Shown: positions 19,861 to 27,922 of the stretch, in pieces
Layout of the letters: each line of letters begins with the position of its first letter
Position numbering within the stretch: the stretch's first letter is position 1
Assembly (NCBI GenBank): GCA_002269645.1
Contig: NIVC01000756.1
Location: forward strand, 52,477 to 80,398
DNA length: 27,922 bases
Origin: Macrostomum lignano
Taxonomy: Eukaryota
Reading direction: 5' to 3'
Position numbers and translations under genes: made by a program
Notes under the pieces: model-generated
The model's input: only the letters and a program-made list of their open reading frames with translations
What the model was told of the DNA's origin: nothing
The model's database searches: none

Positions 19861-20853
19861 TAGGGAATACAAAATCCCAAGTTTTGTCAATCCTAGGATT
19901 CCTGGGATTGGGATATCCTGGACTTTGCCAATCCTGGTTTCCCAACAAATGGGGCCGGGATCCTGGTATAAAAATGTTTCTAATTTTTGTTGCTGCAATT
20001 TTGGTTTACAAAGCCATTGAATCTGATTTTAAATGGCTTTTAATAATAAAATAGATTAGAACAAAATATTTTGGTATCAAGAAACTGACAGTGAGCTCTG
20101 AATTGGAATGTGATGTATAGATTGGCATATTAGACGTGCTATTTTACATGCCAATATCAGCTCAGGAAAATCACACTTGATTATGATATAGCCTGGGGAA
20201 TGATAGCTTATAAAGTTACGAGTATAGCCCAAGGTACTAATACCAGGGTAGAAAGGGTCAAGGGATCAGTTTTAAAGGTAAAGACTGCTTAAAGTACATA
20301 TAGTTCTACTACCACCTCTATGTTGGGCATCTAAAGGATGTCCCAACAGTGTTAAGAATGAGGTCTTTCATATAGGGGGGGGGGGGGAGCTTCTAATCTA
20401 TGCAAGGTTGAGACCCCCTGATTTTAGCTAGGTTTGAGATAGAGGGAGAGTTCAAATGAACAATGATTTGACTCTCATCTGGCAAGATATAGTGCTGTGA
20501 TTTGAAACAATAAGGAATTGATCTCATTGTTGACTTCACCTTCTGACCTATAGCCCTAGCCTTCTCACTAGCCTATATGTTTAAAAGATTAATAAATCAA
20601 AGTAGGACAACTAGGATATGATTTTCACCTGACAGAAGCTTAGCTACATATACTACTACTGGATAATGAATGATTGAATTATTGCAAGCCAGCATTGGGA
20701 TCCCAATGGTCAATCCTGGGATTTTCAAACCCTAGACAAGTGTGATCCTGGGATTTAGAATCTTGGGATTCAGGCATAATTGAATCCCAGGACTCAGAAT
20801 CCCAGGATTTGGGCCTAATCCCAGATTTTGGGATCTTGGAATTGTATTCCCTA
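19861..20853. mobile_element. Non-autonomous hAT-superfamily DNA transposon, 993 bp
   Basis: 12-bp TIRs TAGGGAATACAA (19861) and TTGTATTCCCTA (ends 20853). 8-bp TSD TTGGCTAC (19853-19860) / TTGGCTAT (20854-20861). Dense subterminal GGGAT/ATCCC motifs at both ends. No transposase ORF. Confidence 0.85.
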
Positions 20854-21492
20854 TTGGCTATGTCTCTGTATTTCATATAAATCATTTTACCCTGCCTTTT
20901 GGTTGTGCCTTCTACTCACTCTCTATTGCACATGCTGACTTGTTTTAATTATTATTTTCTACCCCCTCCCTTGCACTCTAATGCACAGTTTAAATTTGTA
21001 TTTGCTAGACATTTAACTTGCACAGTTAAGTGTCTTACAAATACTGTATATACATTTGGACCGGCATCTCACTTGCTTGGTTTTGTGTCTTCAACTCAAA
21101 ATAAATTACAAATAAATTATTTACAGTTATAATAGATTTTAGTGCTAGGCTTATAGTTACTATTATTACATTTCTCTGCAGACCTCTTTGCTTATTTTAA
21201 ATTAACTATTGATATGCTAAATAATGTATTAGCTATGTCAATTTATCTAGGGCTGTAAATCATTTTGAGCTTATAAAATTTTACTGCTCAATTTTATATC
21301 TAGGCAATAATTTATATCATAATTTAAGATATTTTAGTAAAGTAGTAGAGTTGTTTTAAAGTGATAAATGGAATGACAAATACTTGTGCATTAAGTTTTC
21401 TATTCTATTCATGATTTCCTTAAAATCTAGTTAAAGCCAAATGCAAAACGTCGCTCTTCCACTTCAGTGCACTGACTACCCATTAGCGAACC

Positions 21493-21903
21493 ATGTCTGC
21501 CATTAAGAAATGGTTTGAAGACAAAAAGCGCGAGAAGAAATTCTCTCGCATCGGCCCCGGCCAGCGCCTGTGCGACAGCAGCACCCAGCGGAATGCGCAG
21601 GCCGCCGCTGCTGCGGCTTCGTCCGCGTCCACTCCGCGCTTAGCGCCCTCGGCCTCCGCCGCCCGCGCCGGCGCCGCCGCTCTGGCCCGGTTGGAACGCG
21701 CCGAGGCCGAGAAGAAGGCGCCACGCCCGATCGGCGGGTTGCGGGGCAGCGGCCTGCGCACCGAGGCCGATGTTCGCCAGGTGATTCAGCAGGAGCAGCA
21801 GGACAGGCAGCTGGCCGTGGACAGATTCTCTGAGCCGGTTGAGATCAACACGGATGCCGCGCCAGTGCTAGCCGTTAAGGGCGTCTACTTCAAGTGCCCG
21901 CTG
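21493..21903 (+). CDS. UBXN6: UBX domain protein 6 (UBXD1), exon 1 with VIM-like motif
   Basis: MSAIKKWF...KF...GPGQRL, AAALARLE and AVKGVYFKCPL match UBXN6. Donor CTG|gttggt at 21904, phase 0. Confidence 0.9.
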
Positions 21904-21970
21904 GTTGGTGGCTCGCTGGCTTGTTGCGGGGCGGCTTCTGGCTTACTATTTGGGTTGCTCTAATTCAGTA

Positions 21971-22576
21971 CTAGAGAAATCCCCGCTCAGCTATGGGGAT
22001 TCCCACTCCATAACAAGCAGGGAAATCCCCGCTCAGCCATGGGGATTCCCACTCCATAACAAGCAGGGAAATCCCCGCTCAACAATGGGGATTCCTAATC
22101 CATAACTAGCAGGGAAATCCCCGCTCAGCTATGGGGATTCCCACTCCATAACAAGCAGGGAAATCCCCGCTCAGCCATGGGGATTCCCACTCCATAACAA
22201 GCAGGGAAATCCCCGCTCAACAATGGGGATTCCTAATCCATAACTAGCAGGGAAATCCCGCTCAGCCATGGGGATTCCCACTCCATAACAAGCAGGGAAA
22301 TCCCCGCTCAACAATGGGGATTCCTAATCCATAACTAGCAGGGAAATCCCGCTCAGCTATGGGGATTCCCACTCCATAACAAGCAGGGAAATCCCCGCTC
22401 AACAATAGGGATTCCCACTCCATACCTAGCAAGGAAATCCCCGCTCAGCTATGGGGATTCCCAATCCATAACAAGCAGGGAAATCCCCACTCAGCAATGG
22501 GGATTCCTAATCCATAACTAGCAGGGAAATCCCCGCTCAGCTATGGGGATTCTCAATCCATAACTACGAGGGAAAT
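21971..22576. repeat. Intronic minisatellite, 46 bp unit GCAGGGAAATCCCCGCTCAGCTATGGGGATTCCCACTCCATAACAA, about 13 copies, dyad-symmetric
   Basis: GGGAAATCCCC...GGGGATTCCC inverted pair in each unit. An ABC-ABC variant pattern gives a 138-bp higher-order repeat. Confidence 0.97.
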
Positions 22577-22924
22577 GCGCTGTCAGAGATGAAGGTTTCC
22601 CGTCAGAAACTGAATGACCCCGACAATAAGCCCTTGTTGCCCCCTGTTGTGGCGCGAGTTCTAAGTACGAGTATGGAGTATTGAGTACTTCAGTCGTATC
22701 GTATTTATGTTTCAATGTTTTCAATATTGTATTCAATTTTCGATCAACTCAAAGCTTTGCGTAAAATTTAATTCAAGCCAATCTGCCAAGTGTATACACT
22801 CAACGTGCATGCTTATTTACCAATATAAATAAAAAGCTGCGGAGTCAGTCGAGACTCCACGATTCTTATTCGCAATTCTCACTCAACCCACGCGTTCAAT
22901 ACACAACACCCCCACTCACTCCAG

Positions 22925-23379
22925 GTGAGCCCGGAGTCGCTGCCCTGGGAGGAGTGGAAGCCGAAGATCCGGCAGTTCCTGGCCGAGCAGATGGGTCAGG
23001 ACTCGGCCCTGTGCGCGGCTGTGGCCATCCGGACGCTGAACCCGGCCGACCGGGCTGAGGAGTGCGCCCAGACAATCGCCAAGTACGTCAACAATGTGCT
23101 GGCCAACCCGGGCGAGCAGAAGTACAGGCGAATCCGCCTCGGCAACGCGGTCTTCCAACAGCGCGTCCACCCCGCCTGCGAGTCTGCGCTCGACTTCCTG
23201 CTGGCCTGCGGCTTCCAGCGCCAGGCGGGCGACTCTGGCGAGGACTTCCTCGTCCTGCCGCCCGAGGCCGACTTGGAAGCGCTGGCCGCGGCGCTCGAGT
23301 GCCTGCAGACCGCCGAAGGCATCGAGCCGCTGCTGGACCGCTGCACCTCCCTGCTGGAGATCTCGCCCGGAAGTGCCGC
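22925..23379 (+). CDS. UBXN6: UBXN6 exon 2, PUB domain
   Basis: cactccAG|GTG acceptor. Encodes TIAKYVNNVLANPGEQKYRRIRLGNAVFQQRV...LDFLLACGF. Donor GC|gtaaga at 23380, phase 2. Confidence 0.95.
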
Positions 23380-23403
23380 GTAAGAGCCCGCAAATCTGTC
23401 TGA

Positions 23404-23670
23404 CCTTCACTCCCTTCTGATCCTTCTGACCTTCACTCCCTTCTGATCCTTCTGGCCTTCACTCCCTTCTGATCCTTCTGGCCTTCACTCCCTTCTGATC
23501 CTTCTGGCCTTCACTCCCTTCTGATCCTTCTGGCCTTCACTCCCTTCTGATCCTTCTGGCCTTCACTCCCTTCTGATCCTTCTGGCCTTCACTCCCTTCT
23601 GATCCTTCTGGCCTTCACTCCCTTCTGATCCTTCTGGCCTTCACCGATCTCCCTTCTGATCCTTCTGACC
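23404..23670. repeat. Intronic pyrimidine-rich minisatellite, 26 bp unit CCTTCACTCCCTTCTGATCCTTCTGG, about 10 copies
   Basis: Direct observation. It begins about 24 nt after the donor. Confidence 0.96.
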
Positions 23671-23675
23671 ATCAA

Positions 23676-24217
23676 TCTCCCTCAGATCCCGATTTATCTC
23701 TATTTCCTCTCAGATCCCCATTCATATCTAATCTCCCTCAGATCCCCATTCATATCTAATCTCTCTCACATCCCCATTCATATCTAATCTCTCTCAGATC
23801 CCCATTCATATCTAATCTGTCTCAGATCCCCATTCATATCTAATCGCCCTCAGATCCCCATTCATATCTAATCTGTCTCAGATCCTCACTCATATTTAAT
23901 CTCCCTCAGATCCCCATTCATATCTAATCGCCCTCAGATCCCCATTCATATCTAATCGCCCTCAGATGCCCATTCATATCTGATCTCTCTCAGATCCCCA
24001 TTCATATCTAATCTGTCTCAGATCCCCATTCATATCTAATCTCCCTCAGATCCCCATTCATATCTAATCTGTCTCAGATCCCCATTCATATCTAATCTGT
24101 CTCAGATCCCCATTCATATCTAATCTGTCTCAGATGCCCATTCATATCTAATCTCTCTCAGATCCCCATTCATATCTAATCACTCTCAGATCCCCGTTTT
24201 TCTCTAATCTCCCTCAG
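23676..24217. repeat. Intronic minisatellite, 28 bp unit CAGATCCCCATTCATATCTAATCTCCCT, about 19 copies
   Basis: Direct observation. It abuts the 26-bp array. Confidence 0.96.
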
Positions 24218-25315
24218 GTTGCCATCTATAGTCCCCTCTGGTCTCCTCTGCCCCATTTGCTCTCCCTCTTTGGGCCTCAGTTAACGTGACTCCACTTTGC
24301 TACTACGAGTATATCCATTTCCCCGCTTCTCTAACTACTTTAAGTAGCAAAGAGTTTCGCACATTTGTATAGATAGAGTTTATTGTGCATGCATTTTACC
24401 GGCTTCCCCGGTTAATTTGATTTTTGCTCAACTGGGCGAGCCAAGGCTGGATGTCGCACTGCTTCTATTGCCAAATTTGTTGCTGGATACATTAGATTTT
24501 GCCCGAGGTCGTGCTTCGATTTCTAAACGGCTATTATCGTGCTTGCGTGGGCGGCTGGGGTTCTTTTCCCATTTGATCCCCATGTCGTGATTCGTTAAAA
24601 TCCCGTCCGTCCTCATTTTGGCGTTCCGTCTGGCTTTTTCGCCTGTCGTTCCCGTGAATTCGAAAATGTCGAGTAGAGGCGCGTATTCACACTGGGAATA
24701 TTTTTGGCTTGGAACTCTAAATATCCCGTTTCTGTAGGCGTATTTTAAGCTTCTGTCTTCACTATGGCTGTCATCAGTGTTATGATTAATATTTTTTGTT
24801 TTGTTTCGAATAGCATGAGTGCCGAACTGCTCGTATAAGATTTTTTTCATTAATTTTGGCATTGGCCAGGATTAGCGAGGTTATTGCAAACCCTGATATT
24901 CCTTCGTTTGCTGATTTTGAATCCGAATGCTTATTATTGATAAATCCGGCATGGCTGCCGCGTGGAACAGTTCCCAGTTTCACCGCGTCACAGAAAGCAA
25001 GCGGGGATCTTCAAGTGCCTCGCTGCAATGGTTCTGCAATGCCTGTCCGCACACTTCACCGAATTTACGGCGTCAAAGCAAACCTGCCTCATCCGAAATC
25101 GCTTTGATGATTTTGCCTTTTTGATGACATTTAATCCGACTGAATGAGTGAGTGAGTCCGATGCTCTCCAGATCAGCTGCTCCTGTTGCAACTCGAACAT
25201 TTGCACACTTGGATTGAAATCCTAAGCGGGATCAAAACGTCATTAGGAATCCGTGCTCGAATGTTGTCATTTCTCTGGTTTAACCAACCAAGGGGTATTT
25301 CAATGTGTCAAATAG

Positions 25316-25577
25316 GCTTTCAAGGGTCGGAATGGATCTTTCAGGGGGTCAGAGTGGGTCTTTAAGGGGGTCAGAATGGCCTTTAAGGGGTCAAAATGGC
25401 CTTTAAAGGGTCAGAATGGGTCTTTGAAGGATCAGAATGGCCTTTAAGGGGTCAGAATGGGTCTTTAAAGGGGTCAAAATGGCCTTTAATGGGTCAGGAT
25501 GACCTTTAATAGTTCAGAATGACCTTTAGGGGTCAGAATGGCCTTTAAGCGGTCAGAGCGGCCCTTAAGGGGCCAAA
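25316..25577. repeat. Intronic minisatellite, 20-22 bp unit GGGGTCAGAATGGCCTTTAA, about 12 copies
   Basis: Direct observation of a degenerate tandem array. Confidence 0.93.
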
Positions 25578-25690
25578 TAACTCAATGTTTCAAGTAGGCA
25601 TCGATGTGAAAAATCGTGTTGCGGCGATCTCTGTAGTCATTGCCAGGGGCTTCATGCAAAAGTTTTAACAGTTTCTGATTTCAATTCCAG

Positions 25691-26174
25691 CTCAGTCGCT
25701 AACCGAGTCGCCCTGCCCGAGGATTTCTATTCACTGACGCCCGAGGAGCTCGAACTGGAGCGGCTCCGCTTGCGCCAGGCCGCCGAGTCCGAGGAGATGC
25801 TGCGGACGCGCCAAATGCGCGAGCGCGAGCGCCAGCGGGAGACCCGGCGCTACCGGTTCTGCCTGGTCCGCGTACGCCTGCCCGGCGGCCGCCTCATCCT
25901 GCAGGCCACCTTCGCCGCCACGGAGCAGCTGGCCGACATTTACAGCTGGCTACGCGACGAATGCCTGGAAGCTTCGGCTGCCACTGCCTTCCGATTGGTT
26001 TCGCCGGACAAGCGGCGTCTGGACGAAGCCGACGGGCGCACCCTGGCGGAGCTGGGGCTCTGTCCGGCCGCTGTGCTGGCGCTGGCCGTCAGCGCCGACG
26101 ATGGGGCAGCAGCGGCTGCGTCGGCCTCCCGGCTGCGGCCTGCGCTGGCCGCTCTTGTCCAGCCGCTGGTCTGA
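25691..26174 (+). CDS. UBXN6: UBXN6 exon 3, UBX domain and C-terminus
   Basis: tcaattccAG|C completes the phase-2 codon (GC+C). Encodes LPEDFYSLTPEEL...MLRTRQMRE...YRFCLVRVRLPGG...LQATF...LAELGLCPAAVL. TGA at 26172-26174. Total CDS is 1350 nt (449 aa). Confidence 0.95.
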
Positions 26175-26395
26175 GGGCGGCCGCCCCCTCCCTTGATTTG
26201 TTGGTTTAAAATATGCATGACAACCATCTGTATTCATTCCGCTTGCCCTTCTCTGTGACTGGCGCTTTGTATTTTGATGGGGGTCTGGCATACGCGAGTA
26301 CCGACAGCTCCTCAGTTCTGGCAAAACCGCGCACCAGCAAAAGAGTTTGTCAAAGTTTAGCACTTGTCGCTCACATTTGCCTGCCCCCTTCAACC

Positions 26396-26921
26396 CAGAC
26401 TCCGTCATGCTGTGCTCAGTCAGTCTCAGCCCGCCAGTCTCCTTCCCCTCAGACTCGCCATCATGCTGTGCTCAGTCAGTCTCAGCCCGCCAGTCTCCCT
26501 CCCCTCAGACTCACAATCATGCTGTGCTCAGTCAGTCTCAGCCCGCCAGTCTCCTTCCCCTCAGAGACTCCATCATGCTGTGCTCAGTCAGTCTCAGCCC
26601 GCCTGTCTCCTTCCCCTCAGAGACTCCATCATGCTGTGCTCAATCAGTCTCAGCCCGCCAGTCTCCTTCCTCTCAGACTCCATCATGCTGTACTCAATCA
26701 GTCTCAGCCCGCCAGTCTCCTTCCTCTCAGACTCCATCATGCTGTACTCAATCAGTCTCAGCCCGCCAGTCTCCTTCCCCTCAGACTCCATCATGCTGTG
26801 CTCAGTCAGTCTCAGCCCGCCTGTCTCCTTCCCCACAGACTCACCATCATGCTGTGCTCAGTCAGTCTCAGCCCGCCTGTCTCCTTCCCCTCAGACTCCA
26901 TCATGCTGTGCTCAGTCAGTC
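26396..26921. repeat. Minisatellite, about 54 bp unit CAGACTCCATCATGCTGTGCTCAGTCAGTCTCAGCCCGCCAGTCTCCTTCCCCT, about 10 copies
   Basis: Direct observation, downstream of the UBXN6 stop. It is the source of the three stacked + ORFs at 26213-27019. Confidence 0.97.
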
Positions 26922-27922
26922 ACTCAGTTAGCCAATCGTTAAGTAGCCACTCTGACCGCCTTACTCTGAGCACCTCTGAGCACTTTTTCCTGGCAGCTTT
27001 TTGTGCATCAGTCGTGTGAGTAAATGGATAATGCAATGGTCGGTTTCGGTTGATCAAAGCAAAGTACAATGGGCCAAGGCAAAGTGCACACTCGCGGCTC
27101 ATTTACAGGCCATCGTAATTAGCGAGACAGGCATGATTTGCGGTCAGGGGGTGCTGCAATCGATGGTAGCTAGCTGGCCTCAAGTAAGAGGCATCTGACT
27201 GCGCGCCTAATATACGCCTCGTACTCGTAAATGTATGGGTATGCAGTACATGTATCATAATTCATTATTCAGAGTTTAAGGCCCTAGTTATAATAGAAAG
27301 CAAAAATTTTCAAGTCAAAAAACCTGTTATTGGCTCCGTATTATACTTATCTAATTTCATTTATTTCTTTATTATTCCATTTATTATTTCAATGAAGCCG
27401 TAACTATCAGGATGCTTGCTAAGTTGTGGCTCTGGGTAAGTTCCAGGCATTTGCTGCAGTGGGATTGGCAAAAAGAAGTCGTGCAAATCTTTCAAATTTT
27501 TAATTATTTCTGCCTCTCGCTTTCAAGCCAGTCTTTTACTCTAATTGCATGCACCTGTTTGCGCTCCTCTGAGTCTCTCCTTTTCCCGGGCTTGGGGATC
27601 AGTGACCTTTCTGTTTAATTAGTAAATTATTTTTTGAATTGCTGCACTGTTTCTCTGAATACTATATTATTAATGCTTTGTATGTTGTTATAGAGTGACC
27701 CTTTTTGTCCACTTAGGGCGCTGCCGCCCTGTGCACTTAGTAAGACAATAAATAAGTTTTAATCTTTTGACATTTTCTCGTATTTGAATTCATATTTGAG
27801 TATTATATTTTGAGTATAAAAATTTTAGTATGTAGGAAGTATGCTGGTATTTGTACACTGACAGAATGCAATGGCGATCACTTTCCTTATTTAATTTGCT
27901 CGGAACTTTTATTGCCCCTGTG

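Noticed and set aside
13778-22576. CRISPR-like appearance of the 27-bp and 46-bp hairpin repeats
   Set aside because: Units are head-to-tail with no unique spacers, there are no cas genes, and the context is eukaryotic and spliced.
25103-25143. Box C (TGATGA) twice and box D (CTGA), suggesting an intronic snoRNA
   Set aside because: The span is only about 40 nt with no terminal stem.
25691-25696. Alternative UBXN6 acceptor CTCAG|25696
   Set aside because: It gives GCT CGC TAA, an immediate stop. Only 25691 preserves the frame.

Overview
Eukaryotic (animal) genomic DNA. Exons are GC3-rich and introns and intergenic DNA are AT-rich and packed with minisatellites. This resembles a Macrostomum-type flatworm, but that is an inference from composition only. 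Five genes can be built by hand: (1) the last three exons of a PKA catalytic subunit (+, 399-2693), with a 1-bp deletion in the activation-loop exon; (2) a two-exon nanos (+, 7209-7933) whose 3'UTR carries two perfect Pumilio elements; (3) a divergent four-TM tetraspanin-like gene (-, 12128-10030) lacking the CCG motif; (4) an ARL6/BBS3 with an uninterrupted ORF (-, 17355-16810) and a near-perfect RFX X-box just past its stop codon; (5) a three-exon UBXN6/UBXD1 (+, 21493-26174, 449 aa). There is also one non-autonomous hAT-type element with TIRs and an 8-bp TSD (19861-20853), weaker Helitron-like ends, and about 15 tandem arrays. Several arrays have units resembling TF sites, hairpins or splice signals. 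There is no CRISPR array, rRNA or complete tRNA. I cannot demonstrate a wholly new system from sequence alone. The best leads are the putative nanos-Pumilio feedback loop, two X-boxes in unexpected positions, the atypical tetraspanin, and an intronic array of miniature 3' splice sites.
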